A stretch of DNA of 61,616 nt, counting the filler, from Squatina squatina (taxonomy: Eukaryota), in NCBI GenBank assembly GCA_031763465.1. It is 3 parts of 3 records of this genome, joined end to end, with 100 filler letters (N's around TTAATTAATTAA, not from the genome) between each part and the next. Parts side by side here need not be neighbours in the genome. Positions count along the whole stretch, not along the records: positions 1 to 28,162 come from JARFOE010000115.1; positions 28,263 to 44,233 come from JARFOE010000046.1; 1 more part is not named here. One strand, given 5' to 3'. Of this stretch, positions 24,253 to 36,908 are shown one piece after another. Below the pieces are notes generated by a model, which was not told the DNA's origin, did no database searches, and saw only the letters and a program-made list of their open reading frames with translations. Position numbers and translations under genes: made by a program. Numbering within the stretch: position 1 is the stretch's first letter; each line of letters starts with the position of its first letter.

Positions 24253-24974
24253 GATTTGGTGCCTTTAACTCCTTCAAGTACCCGCAAAAGAAATTGAATA
24301 ACTAGGGGGCAGTGCAGCTTTAAAAGCATCAATGTCTCAGCTGGTGCTGTGTACCTTGCAGTACTGCAGCCTCGCCTCAAGCACTTACTCTGACACTGAG
24401 TGCAGCTGCAAGACAGTGTCGGTCATAACAATGGAGTGTTCGGTTACTCGATCTGGTTGCTGACAGTAATCTCTCAAAAGTAAGCAAGATCTCTCCCTTC
24501 ATCTGACACTTTCCATTCTTTCTGTGGTGTTGCTTCAGCTAATGTGGCCTTAAATTTAGCAACAGTGTGCGTGTAGGCTTTTGAATCAATGACAAAGCAC
24601 GTGTATGTAAGCAGGAAAGGCCAACAAATGCCTGAGCTAATATAGATGGAGAGCTCTGTTGCAGCTCAATTAATTACTTGCCGTAGTTCTTGTGATTTTT
24701 TTTTAATGTTATCTTCATAATGGTCATGAACAGGATCCATAAAAACTCAATTTAAAAAAGAGAAGTTGCTCTCAAATTGAGTATAATATGTCTTGTGGCC
24801 TATTATTTTTGGCAGGTGCCAAAAAAGCACCCGAAAATTCCGTCAGATTAATTCTGTCACCTACATTTGCAAAAAAGTGTATAAAAAGGAGCCTGTGGCT
24901 GGATTTTTTTCTGATGTTTTCGCTGAGACGGTGAGATCAGTGCTTGATTTTGTCTGAAAAGTCTTTTTGGATGG

Positions 24975-25110
24975 ACCAGTGACTGAGCTGGCTAAACCAA
25001 TGAGAATTGGCCCATACAGACACAGGAAGATCCCATGCTCAAGCCCCAGTCTGTACTGAGTCATCCAATCTCAGCCAAGGTAGTCGTTGTGGTGCTGCAA
25101 TTGACCTCGG
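24975..25110 (+). mobile_element. LF-SINE-like 5' relic
   Basis: CCATACAGACACAGGAAGATCCCATGCTCAAGCCCCAGTCTGTACTGAG..ATCTCAGCC resembles 56500-56630. Confidence 0.5.
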
Positions 25111-26794
25111 GCGGAACTCTCTCTGCCCTGCACCCCACCTGCCCCGAACTTCTCGTGCTAAAATTGACCCCTCTGTTTCCTGGCCGGCAACCGACCTTTA
25201 CTCCAAGCACCANNNNNNNNNNTAAGCTGCTGGACTGCAGGAAAAGCAACAATCGTATGGTTCCGCGTGTCAGCACAGTGTGTCAATTCCACTCAGAAAA
25301 ATAAACTGCAAAAGTCAAACCATCTAGCCCTGCTAAAAAAAAGTACTTTAATTCACAGTTGCATGTAAACACCATCTGCTTACCTTCGTTGGCCCGTTCA
25401 CACCTGCAGCAGTCGTCTCAGTTTTCCTATCAGACTGTGTGATTCCTATCAGACTGCAATGTCTGATCCAGGTCCAGGCTGAACGAAGCAGTTCTGATCC
25501 TAATAAAGACTGGGCACCAGTATTTCAGTACCAGCAGAGTACAGCTACCCTTCGTTACCTTAGAAAACCGTTAACACAAAGTGCGCAATACTGTAGTCTT
25601 CCTGACAGCAACCATTGGCCATGTCTTTAAATTGCAGTGGGCAGTTTGTTCGTAGGCCGCAACATAAAAACAAGAGAAATCATCCGAGTGCCACGTCATC
25701 CTTTCCAGGACCATTTCCTCAACAGTAAGTGGTCTAGTTCCCAATTTCCATCTGTTGGTGTTTGCTGAAGCAATCCAGCTGTAACACTGGGTTTTGCTTA
25801 ACTCTACGGATTTGCTCTCTCAATGCTCTCAACAGCGTTTCCTTTGCAGTCTATGAATTTTATGCTGCACCAGTCACCTCTGTGGCAAGTCAGGTCTGAC
25901 AAAAGTTGAATCAACATGAGAGGCTGTCAGCAACTCAGGTTTCTGAACACTGGGGGGGACTTTCTGGCTTGATGTAAGCGCCTTAGCACCTCTTCCATAC
26001 AGACCGTAAGCAAATGTGGCTGTCAGGTTCCCCAGAGGAGAAACAGAAAGGGAGAATGGGCAAGGAAGATAAATGAAAGGAATAAGCAGTTTGTCTGGCT
26101 TGCTTGACATTCTGATGCACAGTCCAGCCACATTCCTGGTTTAGCGTTTCTGTGACATCCAGGTGATTTTCAGTTTTCACGACACAATTAAATCTAATAG
26201 CATAATGTCTGGGGCTGGTTATCATCGGCACAATATAAATTATTGAAAGACAGTTACATGACGCATCCCCTGTCTCAGATTAGGCACTCACAAATAGCTC
26301 ATAACTACTTTTGCAGTCAAATGAATCACACATGACAAAGACAAACTCTGCAGCCTTTTCTCTTCTGCCAATGTTGGGCGGCATAGGTAAGACAGTGTTG
26401 ATGTGTGATAGAAGCATAGAATTAGTGTGAGAGCTCAGGAGACACCTGAAAGGAGTATGTGCCACCGAGCAAAAGTACAGCAACTGAGCACAGAAAAAGC
26501 CTTTAAAATAATTGCGGATTATTTCACAAGGGCATTTCCCCCACTCATCAGGCATAAGTTTGGTGGAAGAGTCGTGGATACCCCAGAAAAATAGGATGTT
26601 TCTCTGGTCTCTGTGCCTCATCTGTTAAAGCTACAGTGAACGAGTCGGAGAATACCTCCTTGGTGTGTACCCTTAATACACTGTGGCACCGACACACTCT
26701 ATATAGTTATCGAGTGATGCACTGCTTTAGTGAGAGGCAGAACCTGGCACATTTGACCCAATCCGGCCAGTCATTGCCCTACAAAGCTGGAAAC

Positions 26795-26992
26795 ATTGCA
26801 TAGGTTGGGCCTATACTCTCTGGAGTTTAGAAGAATGAGAGGTGATCTCGTTGAAACATATAAGATTCTGAGGGTAATTGAGAGGATAAATGCTGAGAGA
26901 TTGTTTCCCCTGGCTGGAGAGTCTGGAACTAGGGGCCATAGTCTCAGGATAAGGGGCTGGCCTTTTAAGACTGAGATGAGGAGGAATTTCTT
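26795..26992 (+). mobile_element. CR1 LINE fragment
   Basis: RLGLYSLEFRRMRGDLVETYKIL..TRGHSLRIRG..EMRRNFF. Confidence 0.92.
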
Positions 26993-27849
26993 TAAAAGGC
27001 AGAAACGGCTTAAAATTGCATTTTTTAACTAGATTTTAATTTGTTTTGCTTCAGGGTGTTTGGCCCCTTTAATTCTCAGATCTCTTCATTACCCATAATT
27101 CCTTGCGAGCGCCACAGCCTCAATTTCAGAAACTGTGGGAAGCTGCAAGGCCGCACCAGAACAGAAACTTCATCTCAGACACCTCCAGCAACGCCACCAG
27201 GACGGCATTGCATGGAAGGTAAGCGCTGCGACACCAATCTCCATGCCCCCCAGACCAATTTTGCTCCATTAACGTTGTGGTCATTTTCAGCAGCTGTTAA
27301 CTCACCAGCATCTTTGCTGGCAAACACAAATTCCTTCCCCCATATGTTTTCTATCAGAAAACAGACTAAAATACCCAGAAATCAACCAGCAGTCTAAATA
27401 GATAAACCAGCAATTAACCTGTATGTAACAACACTGCTAAAGTGTCCTTTCCGCCTGTTAGCACCACGAGTTGCTGAGCACATTGATCACATGGTGCGTC
27501 AGTTGCTGGGGCAGACCAATATCATAAAAGGCTCCTACGAGAGTCGGACCATTATTTAAATGTTTTAATTAATGTTTTACATACTTCCGGCACACGCCCT
27601 GGGTGCCTACGGAGCAGCCCGATCCAATATGACGCGCAGCACACTTCCCACGTGGAATAAGCGCGTACCTGCCACTCGCCATATTAGATTCTTAGGTACC
27701 CATTTTGCACCTGAAAAACAGTGGTGGCGCCAACGAGTTTCTAGGCCACTCAGTACTCACAAGATTAATCAGTCTGCTTGCATTACTATTGGAAATGGGA
27801 TGCCCCTGAGACTTCTGTAGTGGCTCAGTTGGCAGGTACAACATGTAGC

Positions 27850-28010
27850 ATGAAATGTGCTCATGGACATTGGGTAAGGGCAGGAACAGGCTGAGCTGTG
27901 GTGTCTCCCATGATATAATAGCTTGCTAACATTCTGGACTCAGAGATAAAGAGTAGTCACTTGAGTGAGGTTTTCAGATGCACATGGAACCTATACCCCA
28001 GCAGGAGTCA
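27850..28010 (+). mobile_element. LF-SINE-like 3' relic
   Basis: GGACATTGGGTAAGGGCAGGAACAGGCT..CACTTGAGTGAGGT..TGGAACCTATACCCCAGCA. Confidence 0.55.
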
Positions 28011-28162
28011 CACATTCTTCAAAAGAAGAGAGAACGTTGGACGTAAAGGGCACCCAATTCGGGTTTTGGGCATTGGTAGCGCCAAGCGCTGGAAATGGGA
28101 CTCTTTGAAATTTTTCCTTCAAGCCCCCAATTAGTCACTTCAGAATTTGAGCGTTCAAACAC

Positions 28163-28262
28163 NNNNNNNNNNNNNNNNNNNNNNNNNNNNNNNNNNNNNN
28201 NNNNNNTTAATTAATTAANNNNNNNNNNNNNNNNNNNNNNNNNNNNNNNNNNNNNNNNNNNN
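28163..28262. other. Artificial scaffold-joining linker
   Basis: N44-TTAATTAATTAA(28207-28218)-N44, a six-frame stop spacer. Confidence 0.97.
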
Positions 28263-30428
28263 TGTTAAAGGCGTTATATAAATACATGATTTTGTTTTTG
28301 CAAAATGGAGTTTAAAGTAAATCATTTTTATTATTTGCTGTAGTGAAATAAAATAACCTAGACCAGACTGGAGCATCTGAATTGTACAATGCTGTCACAA
28401 TTTGTAGGTAGAGGGCAAGAACATTTCAATTTGTTTCACCTTTCTGAGAAAGGAGAGCATCTTTTGAGAAGATGGAAAACTTAAAGTATCAGGTCTTCAA
28501 ATAACGGTCCATCTTTACAAATTTTATTTTTTAAATGAAGAACTGCTCTATTCTGCAAACTTTAATCTAGCCCAGTGTGTAGCTGCCATAGTAGCTGAAA
28601 TATTTTTCTACGGCAATGGAAGTTCATAATGGCCCGCATTTTGCTGTTCGTGGTGAAGGAATGGCGCTGACAGTTGCTCAGAGTTTTCGCAAACTGCTCC
28701 GTGTATATTTCCCCAGATCCTGCATCTTTCTAGCGAGGCACCCTCTGCAGGGGATCTGCAGCGTCTGTAAGCAGGAAAAGAAACTAGGTTCTTCAACCAA
28801 TCGATTGAAGGATCCTTAATTAGACATGCATAGTCCAAATCAGGAAGTATAAAGCAGGAAATATAAATTGGATTTAAATGATGTTCAGAAAGCAAAATAA
28901 AGATTGGGAAATACAGATAGGATTAAGGGAGATAGGTAAAAGAGATGGACAGAAAAAGTTTTTAAATATATTTTAAAATCTCCAACACTAACTTTCTTTA
29001 GAGGGAATGAGACTCCACACTTATAAAATTAATTTTTCAGGGCCAGAAAGGTTGTCCAGCAGTAATTTTCACTTATTACGCTGTTTAAAAACTCACCCAC
29101 TCCTGAATGCACCAGCCCTAACTTTCAGCCATTCTTGGTGCAGAACTAGTGGGTAAGTACAGCAAGTTCATGCTGTTGAAGTCATTTCAATAGAGTCTAT
29201 TGGTGAGGACTGCAACAGCGCACCCTGTGGGGAAGCAGGGTATCTGACATCTACTTCCAGATTTTCGTCTTTAATTGCACATGTGCGGACGCCAGAACTT
29301 GCTATCCAATTTAGCCAGTAATAACCGTGAGAGCCTCATGTTATTACCGCAAACTCCAAGCCATTATATTGAGCATTTTAAGTGAAATGCCGGTGCTGCA
29401 TGACAGCTGTGCAACAAATGCACTGAAGAAAGCATTAAGTATCCATTTCTTCCACATCACGCTCCTAATTGAGCACTTTCATATTAAACAATATTTGGCC
29501 TCTAACTTGAACTTTTCTTTATATACAGCATGCGAATTCTGAACAGTCTGATTTTCCTGAACCTGTTCTGGAGCCTTCTGTAGGACTGGAGGAACCTTCT
29601 TCTAGTGTAGCTGTTAGTGCTGATAACATTTCCAGTTCGACTCCCTCAGAGAACTCCTCATTCTCACAGCATAGGCAAGTGTCCTACTGTATCATTACCA
29701 AAAATGCAGGACTAGCTGCATTTNNNNNNNNNNNNNNNNNNNNNNNNNNNNNNNNNNNNNNNNNNNNNNNNNNNNNNNNNNNNNNNNNNNNNNNNNNNNN
29801 NNNNNNNNNNNNNNNNNNNNNNNTTGTATATTTTTGTGGGTATTCCCATTTACACTAATAGTAATTCTGAACGTATGGAACTCACCACAAGTGCAAATGG
29901 GAATACCCTGACTTTGATTGGTTGGGCCGGCCCATGTGACCCTAGGTATGCTTGCGAAGTGCCTCCGTCCCTGGGATACATGGGACTCTACGTAGGCCGA
30001 CACATAGAAGCCCAGGACCGCAAGTATCTGAACCTCCCGGACCACCAGGTACTTTTGTAGATATTTTTCAGGTCGGAGGCATCTGCCCGCAGGAAGCCTC
30101 CAACTGCAATTTCCGGGTCATTTGAATGGCTTGTTAAAAATATTGACAAATATGTTCAGAAACACTTCCTTGGAATTAATTAATGCAACTATGATATCCA
30201 GACAGGAATATAATTAATGTGACTTAAATGCAAGTGATTTATTATTGTGTATCAAAGCAAGTCAGACACCATATTTAAAGGTTATTAGTACAGTTTATTT
30301 TTAACTTCCTTCCAATTCATGGAACTAATGTAAAGTTCAGCTGCTTAAACCGTTTACAAATGATTACTGTTCATTGTCTAATCAGACTCAAGTAGATGGG
30401 TATATCTCAATATGTTTTCCTCCTTCAG

Positions 30429-30584
30429 GTGCAATTTTTGAGGAAACTGCCAGAAAGGATGACAAAATGTTTCGATTAGCCGTGGCTGAAATGAACATGA
30501 ATGAAGAAATATTGCAAAATGAAAAGATAACATTCTCTGTCAGATTTGTTGATTCCAACAATCCTTTTCAAGCTGTTCAAGAGG
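30429..30584 (+). CDS. Delta-type glutamate receptor (GRID2-like), exon 2 equivalent
   Basis: 156 bp, AG/GT bounded; [52 protein letters not shown]. Confidence 0.93.
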
Positions 30585-31035
30585 GTAAGGCAGCAGTTTC
30601 TCAGCTATTTATCTCATTAACCTTTAAATTGGGGAGACTATTGTAGTCTTTCTCATCTTTATTATTGTACATATTTTAAGATTTCCTAACCTGTGGGCTT
30701 CATTTTGATTACGGAAGTCAATTCTACTGAGGCTAAAGGTTAATTTTGTGCTGGAAATTGATTATTTTTGAAGCAATTGTTGGGGCATTGAATATTCATT
30801 TTCATAGTCAGTCAGAACTGTTTAAAATTCCTAGCTTTGTGATTCTGTGGCTCTCACTTTTTAAAAGAAAATCAATAGAGCTTTGAAACAAAATATAGTA
30901 ATCAATTAACCTTTAGTACGAACATCCATGCGATCATCTAGTCTTCCAGAACTTAGGTAAAAGTAAGTTCTATTGTTATTGCTGTAAGCTTCCTACTTAT
31001 CTTAATTTGCTGCTGTGGTGAAGAATAAACATTGT

Positions 31036-31589
31036 GGGGGCAAAATTCCTCACCGGGATCCAGAGCCGGGTCACTTACCGCCAGCCCCGGATCTCTTGGC
31101 CCTGGCACGGAATTCCCAATACCGCCCCGGAAATGAGGCGGAACGACGTCCGCCTCACTTCTGGCGCGGCATGCCAGCGTCTGGCCATTCATGTCGCCAG
31201 CGCCACTCTAGCGACGTCGGGGCACCATGTCTACACACCGTGCACAATGACATCGGACACTGCGTGCTGATACCAGACGTTCCATCCCTTAAAGAGAAGG
31301 GCCGCTGGCCATCCGAATGGCACCCCGCGGCCCGCCACTGGGCCACCAAGGTCCTCAGTGAATGGGCCACCAGCGTGGCACACTGGTGGGTATGCCTGGC
31401 AAGCGGATGGCCCCAATGTGAAATCCCCCGGCTGATGTGCAAAGGGGCTTTGCACCTTGGGGACCCTCTGGGGAATGTCCCGGGAGGCGAGATAGCCACT
31501 TCCCGACGTCATTTTTTTTTTCCTTTTTCGCCCTGTTAGCACTCCTCAGAGGTGCTAACAGGGCAAGAAAATTGGAGAATTTCACCCCC
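31036..31589. mobile_element. Complete GC-rich non-autonomous DNA transposon (Harbinger-type MITE)
   Basis: TIRs GGGGGCAAAATTC / GAATTTCACCCCC with a 3-bp duplication TGT at 31033-31035 and 31590-31592. Confidence 0.85.
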
Positions 31590-31599
31590 TGTAACTATT

Positions 31600-31778
31600 T
31601 TTAATAGTACTCGGCATATTTCCTTCAATTGAACTCTCTGCAACGTTTGACACAGTTGACCACACCATTCTTCTCCAGTGCCTCTCCTCCCTTGCCCAGT
31701 TGAGTGGGAGTGCTCTTGTCTGGTCCCACTCATAACTAGACAATAGTAGCAAGAGAATCTCCTGCAATGGCCCCCCTT
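31600..31778 (+). mobile_element. L2 LINE RT fragment
   Basis: CTCTCTGCAACGTTTGACACAGTTGACCAC (LSA.FDTVDH); homologous to 33570-33720. Confidence 0.8.
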
Positions 31779-32089
31779 NNNNNNNNNNNNNNNNNNNNNN
31801 NNNNNNNNNNNNNNNNNNNNNNNNNNNNNNNNNNNNNNNNNNNNNNNNNNNNNNNNNNNNNNNNNNNNNNNNNNNNNNTATTCAATATTGCATGATTTAA
31901 TTTATAAATTTGGATTGAAATGTGTTTTGTGCTGGATTTTATTTTTGCATTGTGGGAAAAAGGACGATGTGATGGTCAGTGACGGAGGGAAGGCAAGGTG
32001 TGTGGGACTGTTGGTGAATGGGGAATTGAGGTTGAGGTTACTAGAATCGCTCTTGAATCATTTGTTCATGTGGGGCCCGGACAGAAAGG

Positions 32090-33150
32090 GGCTCTCTCGG
32101 TTGTAGCCTCCCTTCCTCATCCTTCTCCTATGCCTACTCCTCTTCCACATCCTCCTACTCAGTCTCCTCTTCCTCCTCCTCCTCATGCTTNNNNNNNNNN
32201 CTGCTCAGCTGAGTACTGCAGGGCACCTCCAGAGTCATCCAAGCAGCAGAATCATTGCTTCAGGGCACCTATGGTCTGCTCTATCACATTTCTTGTGGCA
32301 GTATGGCTCTCATTATATGAATGCTGCACACATGTGCATGGGTTGCGGACCAGAGGCATGTGCCATGTCCTCAGTGGATAGCCCTTATCACCTAGTACCC
32401 ACCCTTTGGTTTTCTGTGGTGGTTGAAATACAGCTGGCACAGCGGACTGGCACAGAGGACTACCTCAGAATTGTGACTACTGCCAGGATACCAGGCATTG
32501 TCTTGCATGATGCACTGACTATGGTCACACACTAGCTGCACATTGAGGGAGTGGAATCCCTTTTGGTTCAGGTACATGGCAGAGTTGACATGAGGTGCAT
32601 GTAAAGCAATGTGCAAGCAGCCAATGGCATTCTGCACCATGGGGAAGTCTGCAATCCTAGAGAACCCTTGTGCTTGCTCCGCCTGCTTCTCTCTGTCAAG
32701 AGGGAATGAAATGAAGTTACCTCCCTTTGCGTAGAGAGCCTCAGTCACCTCCCTTCTGCAGCAGTAAACTGCCAACTGCGATATTTTGGTAATATCTCTA
32801 GCAACAGCCTGGAAGGAGCCAAACGCACAAAGATTAATAGCCACGGTCACCATCACAGCCACTGGCAATGCAGTCCTTGCCCTACTTTGAGGTTGGAGTT
32901 GAGTCTGCAGCAGTTGGCAGATTCCAATGACAATCTATTTAGTGAAATGCAGACATCTCAAACATTGGTCGTCACTGAAATTCAGGTATGAGAATGGCTC
33001 CCTGAAGACCCTGGGCAGACATGGCCTCCTGCTGAGAGTCCTTCTCCCCCTCTTCCTCCCTCTTCTAGCAGCTTGTCCTGCTCTGCATGGCCTCTCTTCA
33101 TTCTCTCATTCATGCTCAATTCAAAGAGGAAGGCCTGCTAGGCCACCCAT
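32090..33150 (-). mobile_element. Decayed PIF/Harbinger transposase (HARBI1-like DDE)
   Basis: Frameshifted motifs GSFQ, FPMVQNAIGCLHI, NQKGFHSLNVQLVCD, YPGSSHNS, WVLGDKGYPL and TRNVIEQTIG, plus an acidic tail. Two conserved Asp positions appear changed. Confidence 0.92.
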
Positions 33151-33522
33151 GTCTGCAAGCATTTGGGTTCAAATCATGCCTTTAAGTCGCCAAAACAGTA
33201 CTTCAGCACCAGCCAGACCACTCCCTGAATTGGAACTTTAGACAAGTGTGGAAAAGCTGCCAAAATGCATAGAGTTGCATCAGCAGCCAGAAGAAATAAT
33301 CCAGCAACTAACCTGTTAATGATTCCTTTAAATAATGCTGATGGGGGGTTGTTTATGCTGTTTAATGATATGTTCAGCTGTGCGAGGTCAAGGGAGTGGG
33401 TAAGCTGTAGCGTGGAGCTCCANNNNNNNNNNNNNNNNNNNNNNNNNNNNNNNNNNNNNNNNNNNNNNNNNNNNNNNNNNNNNNNNNNNNNNNNNNNNNN
33501 NNNNNNNNNNNNNNNNNNNNNN

Positions 33523-34735
33523 CGAACTAAAGTTTTGAATGACATTCTCTGTGACATTCTCTCCTTACCCTCCTTGACCTCTCTGCAGCCTTTGACACAT
33601 TCGGTTACATGGCCCTCCTCCAATGCCTCTCTTCCGTTGTCAAGTTGAGTGGGACTGCCCTTGCTTGCCTCCACTCTTGCCTAACCAGCTATAGACAAAG
33701 CATCTCTAGCAATGGCTTCTCTTCCCACCACTGCACCATTATCTCTGGAGTCATCAAAGGATCCATTTCTCATTCTCATCTACATGATGCCCCTTGATGA
33801 TATCATCCATAATAATGGGGTCAGCTTCCACTTGTATTTGGAGAACACCTGTTGCACCTCCCCATCTCCTCTCCTGATCTCGCCACTGCTGTCAAATTTC
33901 TTGTCTGAAATCCAGTCTTGGATTATTCATAACTTCCTCTAGCTAAATATTGGGAAGATCAATGCTAACCCTACCACAAACTCTGTACCCTTATCAGTGA
34001 CTGCACACCCAACTCTGGCCACTGTCTCAGGCTGAAACAAACTATTCACAATCTTAATATCCTACTCAATGCCAAGTTGAGTCACCAACCTCATATCCTC
34101 TCCAATATAAAGGCCACCTGCTTTCACTTTCATATATATCATATCTGCATTGTTACTTCTGCCCATCTGCCACTAATATCATCAATCATACCTTCATTAA
34201 CTCCCGACTTGATTACTCCAATGCTTTCCTAGCCGCCCTCCCATCCTCCACATTCTATAAATTGCAGCTTATCCAAAACTCTGCTGACTATATCCTATCC
34301 AGAACCAAATCATGCTCGCCCATCTCTTCCATCCATGCTGACTTAATTTGACTCCTGGTTGCTAGCTTCTCGAAATTAAAATTCTCATCCTTGTGTTTAA
34401 ATCCCTCCATGGCCACACCTCTATCTATATATCCTCCTCAAACCGTACAACCCATCCCTATACTTTCTGATCCTCAGAGTCCATCCTCCCTCCCTTCACT
34501 CCACCATTGGCAATTGTGCCTTCAGCTGCTTAGGTCACATTCCCTGGAATTCTCTTTGTAAAACACACTGCCCCTCCACTTCCATTCCCTATAAGATGTG
34601 CCTTAAACCCCACCCCTTCTCTCCAATTTCTCCTCCTTTGGGTCAACATCTATTTTTCCTTTGGCCTCTGTGAAACGCCTTTGGGTGTTGGCCTACGTTA
34701 AAGGCACTAAATAAATGCAATTGCTGTTGTTTGTT
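33523..34735 (+). mobile_element. L2 LINE, RT to 3' tail, decayed
   Basis: LLDLSAAFDT-like (CTCCTTGACCTCTCTGCAGCCTTTGACAC), SRLDYSNA and LQLIQNSA motifs; tail AAAGGCACTAAATAAATGCAA(TTG)n ends just before an exon acceptor. Confidence 0.9.
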
Positions 34736-34773
34736 GTTGATTACATTAATGGAAAATGTCTTTCTTTTTTCAG

Positions 34774-35058
34774 CCTGTGACCTTGTGTCACAAGGGATTT
34801 TGGCTCTTGTCAGTTCCACGAGCTGCACACCTTCAGCCTCACTGCAGTCCTTTGCAGATGGAATGCATATTCCTCACCTCTACATTCAGCGTACGCCAGC
34901 TGGAACTCCACGTTCTCAATGTGCTATTGCAAGGAATACAAGAAACAATGATTACACGCTTTCTGTCCGTCCTCCTGATTATTTCAATGAAGTCATTCTT
35001 AAAGTAATCACGGAATTTTCCTGGCAGAAGTTCATGATCTTCTATGATGATGCATATG
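34774..35058 (+). CDS. GRID2-like, exon 3 equivalent
   Basis: 285 bp, AG/GT bounded; [42 protein letters not shown]. Confidence 0.93.
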
Positions 35059-36702
35059 GTAATAACAGAATCTGGTTTTCCTTTTAACTGTCAAGTACAA
35101 ATAACTGTACTTGAATTTATAGCTTTAATACTGATGTAAAACTCACAATTCTTCAGATTAAAATGATTTGTTTGATATACATTTGAGCAAAATTATATTT
35201 AAGGCAAATCAAGCCAAACACCTGAGATAATGCCCATGTTATAATTTCTNNNNNNNNNNNNNNNNNNNNNNNNNNNNNNNNNNNNNNNNNNNNNNNNNNN
35301 NNNNNNNNNNNNNNNNNNNNNNNNNNNNNNNNNNNNNNNNNNNNNNNNNNNNNNNNNNNNNNNNNNNNNNNNNNNNNNNNNNNNNNNNNNNNNNNNNNNN
35401 NNNNNNNNNNNNNNNNNNNNNNNNNNNNNNNNNNNNNNNNNNNNNNNNNNNNNNNNNNNNNNNNNNNNNNNNNNNNNNNNNNNNNNNNNNNNNNNNNNNN
35501 NNNNNNNNNNNNNNNNNNNNNNNNNNNNNNNNNNNNNNNNNNNNNNNNNNNNNNNNNNNNNNNNNNNNNNNNNNNNNNNNNNNNNNNNNNNNNNNNNNNN
35601 NNNNNNNNNNNNNNNNNNNNNNNNNNNNNNNNNNNNNNNNNNNNNNNNNNNNNNNNNNNNNNNNNNNNNNNNNNNNNNNNNNNNNNNNNNNNNNNNNNNN
35701 NNNNNNNNNNNNNNNNNNNNNNNNNNNNNNNNNNNNNNNNNNNNNNNNNNNNNNNNNNNNNNNNNNNNNNNNNNNNNNNNNNNNNNNNNNNNNNNNNNNN
35801 NNNNNNNNNNNNNNNNNNNNNNNNNNNNNNNNNNNNNNNNNNNNNNNNNNNNNNNNNNNNNNNNNNNNNNNNNNNNNNNNNNNNNNNNNNNNNNNNNNNN
35901 NNNNNNNNNNNNNNNNNNNNNNNNNNNNNNNNNNNNNNNNNNNNNNNNNNNNNNNNNNNNNNNNNNNNNNNNNNNNNNNNNNNNNNNNNNNNNNNNNNNN
36001 NNNNNNNNNNNNNNNNNNNNNNNNNNNNNNNNNNNNNNNNNNNNNNNNNNNNNNNNNNNNNNNNNNNNNNNNNNNNNNNNNNNNNNNNNNNNNNNNNNNN
36101 NNNNNNNNNNNNNNNNNNNNNNNNNNNNNNNNNNNNNNNNNNNNNNNNNNNNNNNNNNNNNNNNNNNNNNNNNNNNNNNNNNNNNNNNNNNNNNNNNNNN
36201 ATTGTCTGCTTGTTAAAGTACTAAACTGTGATTATCACAGCTGAGCTCTGATTCGTTGGCTTAAATTTCTGCATAGTTGCAATCATGATGCTGCCAACAG
36301 GAAACTGCAATATTTGGAAATTGAGTGGCTTGCACATTTATTTTCCATTATGGAGACTTACAGACATCGTCATCTCCGCCACCACTGGTTTTTCTGTTGT
36401 TTACTTAATTATCTACCAATCAGTTCATCTGGCAGATATATTAACACAAAAAAAGAATTGAAAATATTTCAATCTAATTGGTTCGTACCATAAGAGGCCA
36501 CTCATTTTCTCCAAATTAAAAATATTTAAGGAAAATAGGTACTGTTTTTATTTTGATGTGTGAATGGTGGATACTTGTGGTTATTGTTTGCAGCATGGTC
36601 ATAAAGCAGTTAATAGGACAACTATCATTTGTTCCTTATAATAATACATCAATCAATGTACTGAATGAATTCTCATACTTCATTTTTTGAACATTTGAAC
36701 AG

Positions 36703-36908
36703 ATATTCGTGGGATTCAAGAATTCTTGGGCCAGGCTGGTCAGCAGGGAATAGAGGTTTCACTACAAAAAGTTGAGACCAGCATAAACAACATGTTCACA
36801 GGCCTTTTTTCTACCCTTGGGTTTGATGAGCTGAGCCGTTTCCGAGACATGCTTCGAAGAGCCTTACTTTTCCTTAACCCACGTACTGCAAAGACCTTCA
36901 TTAGCGAG
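36703..36908 (+). CDS. GRID2-like, exon 4 equivalent
   Basis: 206 bp, AG/GT bounded; [47 protein letters not shown]. Confidence 0.93.

Noticed and set aside
28207-28218. TTAATTAATTAA as a homeodomain site or biological repeat
   Set aside because: It is centred in Ns and duplicated exactly at 44278; a synthetic spacer.
31015-31585. Overlapping GC-rich ORFs or CpG-island promoter (also 41022-41686)
   Set aside because: They lie inside TIR/TSD-bounded MITEs, and high GC explains the open frames.
32252-32868. Domesticated HARBI1 host gene
   Set aside because: Frameshifts and altered acidic residues indicate a dead transposon copy.
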